A DNA stretch of 63,983 nucleotides, filler included, from Neoconidiobolus thromboides FSU 785 (GCA_025603075.1; 12 parts of 12 records of this genome joined end to end with filler, not necessarily neighbours in it); one strand, 5' to 3'; counted from the first letter of the whole stretch, positions 1 to 13,196 are shown. Notes: generated by a model not told the origin, from the sequence alone. Numbers and translations: made by a program.

Positions 1-1
1 G

Positions 2-467
2 TGTGAAACATCACTTTGTCAGTCCCATGGTTAATTATAGCATAAAAATTGCCTAAGCTGTTGTGCTCTCGATTTTAGAGACAATTAATCACACATTCTT
101 AGTTTGATTTGCTATGAGAACTTCTAGCTTCATCCCAAAGAATGTTATCTTCTCATTTTGATATTTATACTTTTCAGAGTATAAAAGAGTTTATAGAGTA
201 TAGTAGTTTGAGGCTTTTTAACTGAATTATCCTTTGGTGTCTTGTACATTTAATAAAGCCAGTAAGCTTCCTTAATAATATTTTACGTAGATTTACAGTA
301 ATATTGTCTATTTTATTTATCTTACATAGTCGATAGTCTATTACGAGCTATTCTTCATAATTCAAGTCTATCTTAGTCACATAAACTAAGATCTTTCGAC
401 TTATAGTGTAGTCAACCAGGCAATAGCTGTTTTTGACTCCAATCACTGAGTACCACCAGGTTTCACA
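2..467 (-). mobile_element. Solo-LTR-like repeat (~465 bp, TG...CA, TGTGAAA/TTTCACA terminal inverted repeat)
   Basis: Full-length reverse-complement similarity to 18011-18473; partial copies at ~500-580, ~35140-35220, 58347-58490 and 63835-63983. No TSD could be confirmed. Confidence 0.7.
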
Positions 468-833
468 AGCTCATTATATACCATTTTTATTAATTTGAGC
501 CTATCTTAGCTATATAAACCAAGACTTTTTGACTTATAACTAACTAATTAAGCAAAAAGTGCTTTTAACTCTAACTACTAAATATTAACTTTCTTAGTTT
601 TAGTATAAAAATAAAACATGATAATTATTCAAGCAGCTAAAATATAAACTATAAAACTAAATTTTATAGTTTATACTTCCTCACTAAATTATTTAAAACC
701 ATTGAAGGTTTAATTCAATTTTAAAACTTTTTGTTTAAATTAATTTATAAATACTATTGTTTTATCTATAGTATTTTTAATCAAAATGCAATAATTTTAA
801 AAATAATTGCTATATTATAAATTATTTTTAAAT

Positions 834-931
834 GGGGATGTATTTTTGTGTTTAAGAACTTTACTAATAAATTTTCCGCTTAAATAGCGCTTAAAAATGG
901 AAAAAATAATGAAGTCAAAAAAAACACTCCC
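834..931 (+). mobile_element. MITE family A copy
   Basis: GGGG...CCC termini; TSD AAAT/AAAT. Confidence 0.9.
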
Positions 932-1123
932 AAATGTTAAAAGTAATTACTAAATAAAAAATTTTATGTGATTATTATAAACAAAGCATGAATTAGTTTA
1001 AATGACTATAATAATAACAATTACAATAATTATTATATAAATATAAAAAAATTAAGATTGTTTAAAAATAACTGCAAAATACTTAAATTATGAAACTGCT
1101 TTTAGTAGTTAAAAACAACATAT

Positions 1124-1401
1124 GGGGATGTATTTCTGTATTTAAGAATTTTACTAACAATTTTTCCACCCAAATAACGCTTAAAAGATGGAAAAAGTAA
1201 TGAAGCCAAAAAAAACAGCCCCATATGGGGATATTATTTTTATGTTTAAGAATTTTACCAGCAAATTTTCTATTCAAATAGTGCTTAAAAAACAACTCCC
1301 ATGTGATAATGTATTTTTTGTTTAAGAATTTCACTACAATCTTTCCACTCAAACAGTGCTTGAAAAATGGAAAAAATAATGAAACCAAAAAAAACAGCCC
1401 C
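1124..1401 (+). mobile_element. Three tandem MITE-A copies (1124-1222, 1227-1300 internally deleted, 1305-1401)
   Basis: Units separated by single 4-bp sites ATAT and ATGT; left flank ATAT. Confidence 0.85.
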
Positions 1402-1666
1402 ATTCGATACTTTTTCCCTAAATTTTTTATTTGTCACATTCTTGCTTATATGTTAGTCAATTTAATATTATGATTATCTATTGTTTAATATAATGACATT
1501 TAATTTAACAATTTAATGGTAAATTATATTTATACATATGACCTAAGTTTAAAATCGTTTTATAGTTATTAATTTAATGCCATAAAATCTTAAACTGATT
1601 ATAATGATGTATTCATTTTATTAACAAATAATAAACTATGAATGCGATCAAACCTATATTTTCACC

Positions 1667-2816
1667 TTATTTACGTAAAGCATGTGATTCCTTTTTGATA
1701 GCTTCGAGGTAAGCTCTTAAGTTATCAGGATTATGATTAGGTAACATACCATGGCCTAAGTTAGCAATTAAAGGTTGCTTGGCAATTTGGAATTTCTTTA
1801 GCATATCTTTAGCACGTTGCTGGATCACTTCGGGATTAGCAAATAAAACACAGGGATCTAAGTTACCTTGTAAAGTGTGGTTTTTGTTACCGATATGCTC
1901 AACAGCATATTCTGGATCAATAGTCCAATCCAATGATATAACTTCAAAGACGTTTTGGTCCCCAAGTTTTCCTAAAGCATAATGCGCACCTTTTGCGAAC
2001 AATATAAGAGGGGTGTCATATCCAAGCTCAACCAAATTCTTTTTAACTTCAGTACCAATTTGTAAAAGGTAAGGTAAAGAGAAAGTTTCAAAATCAGATG
2101 GACTTAATTCCCCAGCCCATGACTCAAACAATTGAAGCATTTGAGCACCAGCTTTAACCTGCTCAACCATATATTCAATTACAACTTTGGTTATACGCTT
2201 TAACAGCAAGTGGCTTTCCTCTGGGTGATTAAACAACCAACTTTTTGCATTTGAGTGGTTCGATCCGCTTTTACCTTCAATCATGTAAGAAGCTAAAGTC
2301 CATGGAGCACCAGAGAATCCGATTAAAGGTACTCGGCCATCAAGAGTCTTACGAGTTAAAGTGATAGCATCTAAAACATATTTTAAACTACTTTTGACAT
2401 CAACGTTTTTAACTAATTTAGTTTCAATATCACTTGGAGTTTCTAGTCTTTCTTCAAAGTGGATTCCATATCCAGCTTTAATTTCAAATTTTAATCCCAT
2501 TGCCTCACAGACAACTAATATATCTGAAAATATAATAGCAGCATCAAGAAGTCCATCATAACGATCTATAGGCTGTACTGTAACTTCACAGGCTAATTCA
2601 GGGGTACGACATACTTCATTAAAGTCATGCTTTGCCCTTACTTCTCTAAATTCTAAACTATAAAAAAAGTCATAAATAATTTTATGTCCTATTACCTGGC
2701 AGATATCTACCTGCTTGGCGCATTATCCATGTAGGAACTTTATCTGTAATCTCGCCTCTGGCTGTGCGGAGAATAAGATCATTTTTTAATGGCGGAAAAT
2801 CGGAGTCTTTTAACAT
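1667..2816 (-). CDS. HEM12: Uroporphyrinogen decarboxylase
   Basis: [13 protein letters not shown]...[12 protein letters not shown] exon, 43-nt GT-AG intron at 2653-2695, then [17 protein letters not shown] and ANLGHG motifs. Confidence 0.96.
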
Positions 2817-3309
2817 AATGAAAGATGAAATAAAAGGATGACTTCACTCCTTTTTTATACATTATATTTTATCCAATCATTGCTAACTAAATAACTATTT
2901 TAAACATTTTCAAACTGAAATACACTCCTTAAAATTGTAATGTTTAAAACGTTAACTTGTTTCATTTAAATCATCATATAGATGTTAATATTTGTCCATA
3001 AATAAAAAGGATCCCCATGTATAAATAAACGAAGATAGTTTAAATTATGTCTAAATATTAAAGCTACTATCATTAATTAAAAGTTTCAGTAATATGACAT
3101 TTTTTATAAAATTAATAAGGCTTTATATACTGTTCTATTTAATTCTACTAGATGTAAAATTTGCTTATCAATTTTTCTATCACAGTTTAATGTTTGATAT
3201 AATTATAATTTGTTTTTTTAAGCATCAGTCGTATTTTTTTTAAAACTTGGATAAAACTAAAATTATTCTATTTTAATCTATTTATTAGGATTAAAGTGTG
3301 TAACGTCTA

Positions 3310-5485
3310 TTATACTTTTTTCTTTTTATATTCTTTGGTTCCTAAAACTAATAAACAAAAGTAAGCATAAATATTTGTAATAAAAATATCGATTAAGTTA
3401 CCTGAAGCTTTCTTCTTTTCTGAACTACTTTGAAACCATGTTCTTGCTGGTCTTGCTTTAATCTCTGCTTCATGTTTCATCAAATTTTCAGCTTTCGTTA
3501 TTTCCATTTCTGCTTTGGAAAGCTACACCAAATATTAAACATTAATAGAAATATGTACAAATAATATATTTACCATTTTTTCTTCTTTCTCTTCTTTCAA
3601 AATTGCTTCTATCTTTGGCGCTAATTTACTCAATTTTTTAGAGTATTTTTCTACAAGTTCTTGTGGAAGATTTCTATGTTTAACTGGATTATTTTGTTTA
3701 TCTGTATTTGATTTAATGGCAGCTTTTAACAGTTTACGATCTGCCTCACCAACCAAACTTATGGACCGACCAGTTCTCCCAGCACGTGCAGTACGCCCAA
3801 CTCTATGCAAATATTGTGCAAATTGGTTAGGCATGTTATAATTAATGACAGTATTGACCCCTTGTATATCCAAACCACGAGATGCTAAATCAGTCGCCAA
3901 TAAATAGTCCACATTACCATCCCTAAAATCCTCTAAAGCTTTTATTCTCTGAAGCTTATTAGAACTTTATTGCTTATTTAATAAAATTTAGTTTTACCTG
4001 CTCTTGTGTCAAATTTCCATGCAATTCTGCAGCGTTTAAAGACATCAATCCAAAGACAATTTTCATTTGATGTGCAGCGGCTTTAGAGCGGAAGAATATA
4101 ATACATTTGTTTCTAAATTTCTTACATAATGTTATTAACATTGCAGCTCGGTCATCTTCACGGTGAGAACGAACTCTCACAAACTCTTGAATAAGTCTTT
4201 TTGCAGCAGATTTACTTGAATCAATCATTAAACGAACTGGGCGCTTCAAGGACAGACGAATAAGTTCATCAACATTATCAGTCATGGTAGCAGAGAATAA
4301 CATAGTTTGTCTTTCTTTAGGGCATGATTTTACAATTTCGTTGAGCTCATCTGCAAAACCATCTTCTAACATTCTATCGGCTTCATCCATAACTAGAATT
4401 TCAATAGAATCTAAAGAAAATGACGCAGAATTCCTAATGTGATCAATCAAACGGCCTGGTGTAGCGATTATAAAATCAGGTCTTTCTTTTAAAGAAGATT
4501 CCTGGTTTTTCAAAGAGAGGCCACCTAAAAATAAATTAAAAATGGTACTAGAATATTAAATAACATTACCGACACAAAGACAAAAAGTGATATCTGTAAA
4601 AGTTGCTATTTTGACTGCTACATTATGGCATTGCATTGCCAATTCACGAGTAGGACATAAAATTAGTACTCTTGTAAGAGGGACAGAGCGAGGACGGTAA
4701 AGGAGTCTCTCAACAATAGGCACTACAAAAGCCGCAGTTTTACCTGAACCCGTTACAGCACCACCACATAAATCTTTACCCATAAGTGCAACTGGTATAG
4801 CTCTAGCTTGAATTGGCGTAGGTATTACAAAGCCTAAGCTACTTAACCCCTTTAAAATTGGTCTAGAAAGATTCATTGAAGCAAAGGTGTCCGCAACTTC
4901 TCCATCATTATCCTCTTCTGGAGCAAAATAAGCCTTTTTACGTTGCTTTTGTTCTTCAGTTTCTTCTTCACTGTCATCTATTTCGGTTTCATTTTCGGCC
5001 TCTTTTTCTTCATCTTCGCTTTCACTTACAGTCCCTTCAGAGTCCGCTTCCTCTTCTTCTTCAGAACTAGATCCGATTTCTGCCTGCTCGCTTTCATTTT
5101 CAGATCCTTCTTCATCTACACCTACATCTACACCAACTTTCTCATTTTTTGAAACTTTCTTTGCTAAATGATGTGAAATCTTTTCATCAATTGTAGTTCG
5201 GGTCGAGGTAGAGGTGGATCTAACTTTCAACCCTGTTTTAGCAGCAGAGAACTCCATAGTGTTAAAAGAAGAGGCAATGCTATCATCCATTAAATCAAAA
5301 TTAAAGTCTGGGTTCAACTCTTCTTCAACTTGAATCTTAGCTTTCTTTGATGATTTTTGTTTCTTCTTATCCGTTGGAGCAGATTCTTCGTTCTCATCGT
5401 CATCAAAGTTTATTATTTGATCATCTTTAATAGTTCTTATAAAGTCATCAGAAGCCTTCTTTTTATTAGCTTTGGTTTTTGCCAT
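3310..5485 (-). CDS. DRS1: DEAD-box RNA helicase for 60S biogenesis (DDX27 family), multi-exon
   Basis: Acidic N-terminus, [32 protein letters not shown] and ARPARTWFQ motifs; last exon boundary uncertain. Confidence 0.92.
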
Positions 5486-5697
5486 TTTGAAATAAAAATA
5501 TTAATCAAGGTAGTTTTGAATTTTAAATTTTAGCTTGATAGTTATTTTTATTTTTAGTGGTTAATGACAAATCTTAATAAAATAAAAATGGTATAAACTT
5601 TGACAAAAATAATAAAATAAACTTTAAACTAATAATAGTAAAATACTTATTAATTTAATATCTAATTAAACATCAAGATACTTAGTCAAAACTCTAA

Positions 5698-6575
5698 TTA
5701 TTTATTATTCCGTGATAAAGATACACCTAACGAGTGTGCTATCATCCTCTTGGCTGGACCACAATCAGCTTTAGGCTTAATTCTTGTTACTTTAGATGCT
5801 TCTATTATATCTTCTTAAATAATTAATATTATTGTATAAAAAGATAATTTAATACCTTCTGCATTTCCATTATTTGTATCTTGTTTATCATAATAACTCA
5901 AAGTACCACCTAATTTTCTACTCCTATAATATCTCAAAGCTTCCTCAGCTTTATGCTATTAAATATAATTTCCAGAAACATTAAAAATAAAATATTACCT
6001 AATTTTAAAGACTCAAAATTTAAAGTAATAGTTGAATCATTAATATATCTTAATTTTATTCCCTTATTTCCTCTATATGCTTTAAATAAGTCCATAATGC
6101 TAAGTACATCTAATTTCTCTGGGTAATCCTTCCATTCTAAAGTCGCAGTTATCTCTTCCTTAATCTGAACTTCCTCTAACCTTGAAGTTAAGGAATCTAC
6201 AGGATCATAAACTGTTGAGGCCCATTTACTACTTTCCAATCCTCCTTTAATAGTATTATTTTTTTTGCTTGGCTTTATTTGATTTGTTCCATCGTTGTCA
6301 TTTTCTACTTTTTTGACATTCGTTTCTTGTCGAGACAACTTTACTGCATCAGAATCCTTTTTAACTGGCTCTTTACTCTTCTTCGTAGTTTTTTTTGGTA
6401 AATTGATCGTGTCCTTTATCTCTATAGTTGACCATTTACTACCTGATAATGTATTATTTTTTTCGGTCTTTACGTTAACTTTATTTTCTGTTTTCTCAGT
6501 TGTTTTTTGGTTTGGCTGAAGGATTTCAAGCTCTTCCTCTACTTCATCTGCCCAATCGAAGCTATCTAATGACAT
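5698..6575 (-). CDS. R3HCC1/R3HCC1L-like protein (RRM-like domain plus conserved C-terminal AxRxIxxxLG helix)
   Basis: DYPEKLDVLSIMDLFKAY...KLRYINDSTITLNF and spliced C-terminus KPKADCGPAKRMIAHSLGV resemble the R3HCC1L C-terminal region (recognised from memory, no search run). Confidence 0.5.
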
Positions 6576-6667
6576 TTAAAAAATAAATTCAACTTCGAAT
6601 ATTACGTAATTTTTAACATTGCTTATTTTAAGCAATATGAAACAAGAATTGTGTTTTATTTTTAGTA

Positions 6668-8141
6668 ATGAAAAGACATAATACCAAAATTACATTAGAA
6701 AATGCAAATAAAAGAAATACAAACATAAGGCCAGAGTATAATAATAATAATTTGAAACTATTTAACTCGAAATATTATCGTGGGTATACTATTCCATATT
6801 TAAAGCCTAGAGAAATTGGGCATTTTTGCTATAACAATAAACGAGAATTTAAATATGGTAATTCAGAAATGGTAATTTCTTTACTTGATTTAAACATCAT
6901 AGTAAATATGACATTAAAGCGTTACTACTATCCTACAGACTTGAATTATGGGAATTTAGCTAATGGCTTTGAGAAGTATATAGATCGCGATACTTCAAAA
7001 CCGGAGAATTTGAATGGATTACTTAGATTTTTGATTAATTCGAATCATCCCGAGATTTCAAATAAAATAGATTTTGTAACTATATACTCTAAGCCTAAAG
7101 CTTTACTACAATATTATTAATAGATCCTTTATAGAGGAGTTATGACACGGATTTTGATAGCACCATACCAAAACAGAGAAAGTATGAAATTGGAAATAAT
7201 TAAACTTAATGTAAGAAAGATAGTAATTTAATCAGAATTTTATTGACAAAATGTTACAAAAATAGAATATAATTTATATAAACGATATAAAAGTTAAAGA
7301 GCAAGATATTTCAGAGAGAAATAAGATGTTTTGCTTTTATGGCTACAAATTTGAAACTTTGTCTACAATACCAAAGCTCACCAATGATAAGGAGGAACTT
7401 GAGAAAATGCTTAAAGAGAGATCAAATGAAATTGTGGATAATCATATTGAGTCTGCTTCAGTATTTGAAACTAAATTGGGTGAACATTCTCTTTTGATGG
7501 GAGCTGAAGTTGACTGTATAGATGGTAAATTTATGATCATGTTAAATTGAAGTATTTAAGTATTTTCAATAAGATACGAACCGTAATAGTTATGTTGAAT
7601 TGAAAACATCTAGAATCATTGAAAATGAAAAACAACAATTTTCTTTTGAAAGGTAAGCCCATTTGTATTTAATAATTTTAATTATAATGTTATTTTAAAA
7701 GGTATAAGTTACTAAAATTCTGGGCCCAATCTTATCTTGCGGGTATACCTAAGATAGTGATCGGCTTTAGGGATGACAATGGAATGTTGAAACAGATCAA
7801 AACCTTGAATACATTAGAAATACCAAATATGGTAAAAGGGAAAAGAAGTGAATGGGTAATAAAAACTAACTTGTGTTTTTACATTAGAATTTATATTTAT
7901 TTAGGACCCAAACGTATGTTTATGTTTTGCAAATGGTTTTTTTAACTGGTTAAAGCAAAATATTAGTGGTAATAATCAGAATAATTATTATATTGTGAAT
8001 TATGATTCAAGTATTATGACATTCAATATTCAAAAAGAAAACAATTCTTGCGAATTTTTGCTTATGGAATATCTAAATTCAATTAAGAGTTTTAATCAGG
8101 GTGGTGATATTAAGGGTTCATTGGAAAATAAACAAGATTAA
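6668..8141 (+). CDS. RAI1: Rai1/DXO decapping nuclease, multi-exon
   Basis: YGYKFE, GAEVDC, YVELKTS and KFWAQSYLAGIPKIVIGFRDDNG motifs spread over exons. Confidence 0.92.
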
Positions 8142-8864
8142 CCAAAAAAAATTATATTTTCAAACATTGTAACCATATTGTTAATATCGAATATTGTTTG
8201 AATTTATAAATTCTATTGAAAAAAATTAAGTTTCTAATGCAATAGTTTGAAGAAATGATTGAGAGGTATAAGTTAGATAGACTTGGCATTATTTAAAAAA
8301 TAAATATTTTTTAAATATATCTGTGTGAAATATGTAGCTTAGTTAAACTAGAAAGTCTTAAACCAAACATATTAATTTAGATGATCTTTAGTTAAAATAA
8401 AAACCTTTAATATATAATAAAATAGTTTATAAATATAGCTATTTTTTTGTTTACTCTTTTATTTGTTGTATTATATAAACTAAAGCTCTCAAAATAAAAT
8501 CTTTTTTCATAAAGCTTTCAAATATTTTAAGGAGTTGATAACAATAAAAATAAAAATTCAATTTATTAGTATATTGATAGCTTATCACTTTGAAAATGTA
8601 TGGAATAAAATAAAACAGACATCATAAGATCAATTCAAATAGTACAAGTAACTTTATTTAAAACTCCATTAACTTCTATTGTTAAATATAAGTAACATTT
8701 ATTGTTTATCTTTAAATATGAACCTAAAAATAGATTTTATAGTTAAAATTAGTTAGTGTATTAGCAGTTTAATAAATACTATTGGCTATTTATAAAACGT
8801 CATTTTATATACGGATATTTGAACTAATCTGGTTAATCGTTTAAAACTCAAACATTTATTTAGG

Positions 8865-10434
8865 ATGGGGGACAGTGAAAAAGAAATATATGAATCAAAG
8901 CATATGTTAAGGAAAATATTAGAAGTAATCTATTAAATTATAGTATTAATATCAATATTAAGTATTCAAAAGGAAACCCTTTCAATAGTCTTAGAAAATA
9001 GACCAGAGGCTCCACTTCAATATATTGCAGAGTGTTTACAGTCTTTACAAGCTAAAGCATACGAAGAAGAATTAAAAAATCAAAATATTAAAGTATGAAT
9101 TTATATACTAAATTGTTTATAGATAGTTAATATTGATAGGTTTTTCTAAAGGAAGTAGCTGAAGAATTACAAGACCAAACGACAGAACTTCAAGATAAAT
9201 ATTCATTAACACAACCCTTACGTAAAAAAATTAGACCTGATAAAGATAGGTAACTTAATTAGTATAACAATATCCCCTATATTTATATTTTTAGCGAAAA
9301 CTTTAATTTTTCAAACGGAACTAATATCCTATCAATAAATCAATTTCAAGATAGCAATACAGAAAATATGGCTCCACTTATATCAAGAACCTCATTAAAC
9401 ATAATACCACCATCGTTTAATAGGACGCGTAGAGGCTCTGTTTCTGCAGAATCTATACAGCCATCTGAGTTAAATCATTCAACAGCCATTATACCAAAAT
9501 CACTTGAATCTAAAATGAGAATAGCTTCAGCAACAAACAAAAATTTATTATTTAGAAATTTAGAAGATGAACAAAAGCAAGAAATAGTAATAACCAAAAG
9601 TTTTATTTACTGTCTTATTAATAAATTTAAAGGTAGATGCTATGTTTGAAAAGCTGGTTATCTCTGGCGAAGAAGTGATAAAGCAAGGTGATGAAGGAGA
9701 TAATTTTTATGTTGTAGACCAAGGCAATTTTGAGATTTTTGTAAATGACAAAAAGGTAGTTGAAGTATCTCAAGGTGGAAGCTTTGGTGAACTTGCCTTA
9801 ATGTATAATGTAAGCTAATATCATTTATATCGTTGGAGTAAATAATAGTTTAGACCCCACGTGCAGCTACTGTTAAAGCCATATCAGATGGTGTTTTATG
9901 GGCAGTTGATAGATCTACATTTAGAAAAATTGTAACAACAAATACATTTAGAAAAAGGAGATTATATGAATCGTTTTTACGTACAGTTCCATTACTTAGT
10001 TCTCTACAGCTTAATGAAATTGCAAAAATATCAGATGCTCTTGAGCCAGTAAACTTTTGTAAAGATGATATCATTATTGAGCAAGGAAGTATGGGAGATT
10101 ATTTTTATATGATTGAATCTGGTGAGATAAGAGTAGTTAAAACTAATGAATCTGGAGAACAAATCGAGTTACCGAATTTAAAGGTAGGAGATTATTTTGG
10201 AGGTAGGTATCATGATATTAGCATAAATTAAAATAATCTTAATTGTTATCAGAACTGGCTCTATTAAACGATTCGCCACGTATGGCAACAATAATTGCTC
10301 ATACAGATGTTAAACTTGTAGCATTATCAAAAGATGCTTTTGTAAGACTTTTAGGACCTGTTGTGGATATACTTAGACGTAATGAAGTAAACTATAACAC
10401 AAATGATTTACAAAATGGCTCAATTAAAGAATAG
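8865..10434 (+). CDS. BCY1: cAMP-dependent protein kinase regulatory subunit, multi-exon
   Basis: RRGSVSAES inhibitor site; two cNMP-binding domains ([15 protein letters not shown]; [14 protein letters not shown]); N-terminal dimerisation-like segment. Start codon approximate. Confidence 0.93.
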
Positions 10435-11265
10435 TACTTTAATAAATATTATTCGGTACAACGATAGTACTGTATACAACCTCTATTTTAAACAAGTTTT
10501 AATATTAATGTTTCTTATATAAGCTTAAAGATAATATTAGCGTACTTTCATGAAAAAGCCTTTTGTTACTTTAGTATTTACTATTTTTATTCCTGGACTG
10601 CATAAAAAATAGACGGAATAACAAAACAAAAAGACACTTGTATATTAAAATTATTTTTGAATAAAATATATATTTATCATAAAAGTCAAAGCCTTTGCTC
10701 TCATTACTATTTCATGGGAACGTCTTTAACTTCATTTGTTTAATTTTGTATAACAAAGAACCAAAAAATTCTAAGTATAGGAACAAAAAAGGCATTCCTA
10801 TTTTTTGTATTTACAATCCATTTAAAAATACCATAATTTTTGATGATCTCATTTTTAGCATTTTAATCGATGATAAAAATAAATTTGTTAGAAAAAATAT
10901 TTAGTGAGTATTTGAAAATTACAAAGGTGTTGTCGACATTACTATTAAAACAATCGAGTTTTCATAACATTTAAAATTTAAACTGATTTGAAAAGTATTA
11001 GCTTAACAATTTTAAATATGATTATTACTATCAAAATCTGTATTGCGTTTTATTTTTTTTTTATTTAGTTTTACATAGAACGTCCTAGAAAAATAGTACA
11101 GGATTTGATCAAGTACTAGTTAGAATGTTAAATTTTAGTTTTAGCTTTTTTTCCGTTACAGTTAATTAAATGATTTTTGTTTTATATTTACGCAGCCAAT
11201 GGTATTTTTCACTGCGTAAACAAATTGATATTTAAGACTCTTATTTAGAATAATAAACTTCAAGA

Positions 11266-11874
11266 ATGAAAGACGTAAAAAGTATAATAAAATTAACCCT
11301 TGTTGATTTAGATTTATGGGATATTGATAATGAAAACTTGGAACAAGAATCAATTTTAGAATACTTGTTAGATGAAATCAATGAATTGAGCACTGAAAGT
11401 TATGACATGATGAAACTCAAATCAAAGATCAATGATTGCTTTGAAGATTTTGGTCTTAACGGAAAATATGACTCTGATGAACAAATTGTTGAAAAATTCT
11501 CAAGAGTATTAAGTACTAGATTATTTGATAATCAATCTTATGGTGATGAAGTTCCCGAAGAAGTTGATGTTTTTGCTAAACATACTTGTGAGCTTTGTAA
11601 AAGAATATGTCCATTAACTTTCCATCATTTAATACCTAAAGAAACTCATTCTCAGATGTTGAAAAAAGGTCTCTTTGATAAAGAATATATGAGAACTCAC
11701 GGTGCAAATATATGTAGAATGTGTCACTCTGCTGTCCATAGAACATTTTCTAATAAAAGACTGGCTCTAGAATTTAATACTGTTGAAAAACTGTCATCTA
11801 ACGATGATATTCAAAAATGGATCAAATTTGCTGAACGACAAAAAGTTCGAATTAAATACTTTCGTTCAATTTAA
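11266..11874 (+). CDS. HNH-type zinc-binding nuclease-like protein (YisB-like)
   Basis: CELC-x7-HHLIP...CRMCHSAVH pattern; intronless 202 aa. Confidence 0.7.
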   Translation: MKDVKSIIKLTLVDLDLWDIDNENLEQESILEYLLDEINELSTESYDMMKLKSKINDCFEDFGLNGKYDSDEQIVEKFSRVLSTRLFDNQSYGDEVPEEVDVFAKHTCELCKRICPLTFHHLIPKETHSQMLKKGLFDKEYMRTHGANICRMCHSAVHRTFSNKRLALEFNTVEKLSSNDDIQKWIKFAERQKVRIKYFRSI

Positions 11875-11908
11875 ATAAAATATTATGAATTTATTTGCTT
11901 ATTTTAAT

Positions 11909-12490
11909 TTATTTGTTAACAATACCGTCATACTAAAAAAAAGTTAAACATTATTTTAAAAAATGTTGATAAATTACCTTGTTCTTGAACCAGTTTACAG
12001 CATCGGATTTTGTAAGACGATGTTGGAAACCAACACGGGACTTGCAACGCTTACGACGGGAAACACGATATCCTGGACGTCCAAGGACAACATAATAATC
12101 CATACCGTAAATACCAATAGAAGGATCATATTTGATACCTAAATCGATATGTTCATCGATACCGAAACCAAAGTTTCCATTATCTGAAAAGTTACGGGAA
12201 TTAAGTTCATATTCTTTTACTTTAAGACCACGTTCAAGGATTTCTTCGGCTTTAGCACCACGTACAGTGACGTGTACAGCAATCTTTTCGTTACGACGAA
12301 TAGAGAAAGAACGTACAGTAAGACGGGCTTTAGAATAAACTGGGGTTTGACCGGTAAGTTGTTCTAAAACTTTAGCAGCACGGGTTAATCTATCACCAGA
12401 TTCACCGACTGAGATGTTAAGAACTAATTTTTCGATCTTAACCTCACGCATAGGGTTAGCGGCCTTTTTGGAAACTTCAGTTGCCTTTTA
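11909..12490 (-). CDS. RPL11: 60S ribosomal protein L11 (uL5)
   Basis: [34 protein letters not shown]...; final exon YDGIVNK* after a short intron; first exon not resolved. Confidence 0.97.
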
Positions 12491-13097
12491 ACATTTTAAT
12501 AAATTTTATGTTCGTTTTCATGATTTGTAAATTCTGCTTCACTATTTTCAATCTTTATATACTTTAGTCCTTGATTTTTTAATGGATGTATCTACTTTGT
12601 TATCTGGTTCATTTTGTAGTTGTATTTCTGTAATAGCTTCTGATCATCTCATACATCTTTATAAACTAAGAGTAATAATGGCTTACCATTTTATCTAACT
12701 TTTCGATATGGGTAGAAGAGGATTTAAGCTAAAGGAGGTTGGATGCACCAATAACCTAGATTTGAAAGAGAACGTTTCCATCGTTATTATTTGTCAATTT
12801 GACTAGACTAGACTATAAGCTATTTTAACTGCTGCTATTAAATTGCATAAAATACTAAGTTTAATTTTGTGCAAATTAAAATAAGTTCGTTGATACATAA
12901 TAAAAGTAACATATGATAGGAAGTAAATAGCTATATATATATCAATGTATCAAATTAAATTGATTAAATAGTGCCATACGCTATGAAAATTATTATTTTA
13001 TGATATTGTTACTTCGAGTTATATCAAAACTAGTTTTTTTAAATAATTAGTAATAATAAATTAGATAGCAAAGTATCTTTTATTTTGATATTTATAC

Positions 13098-13196
13098 GGG
13101 GATGTATTTCTGTGTTTAAGAACTTTACTAACAAATTTTCCACTCAAATAACGCTTAAAAGGTAGAAAAAATAATGAAGCCAAAAAAAACACCCCC
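13098..13196 (+). mobile_element. MITE family A copy
   Basis: TSD ATAC/ATAC. Confidence 0.9.

Noticed and set aside
833-932. Tc1/mariner (Stowaway-like) MITE with TA TSD and TG...CA ends
   Set aside because: Copies with ATAC/ATAC, TTAT/TTAT and ATCT/ATCT flanks show the duplicated unit is 4 bp and lies outside the G run
1083-1403. Recurrent similar small ORFs (also 25789-26010, 26095-26307, 51424-52350, 60207-60413, 63589-63807, 63602-63784) as a gene family
   Set aside because: All are translations of MITE-A copies, which happen to be stop-poor in one frame
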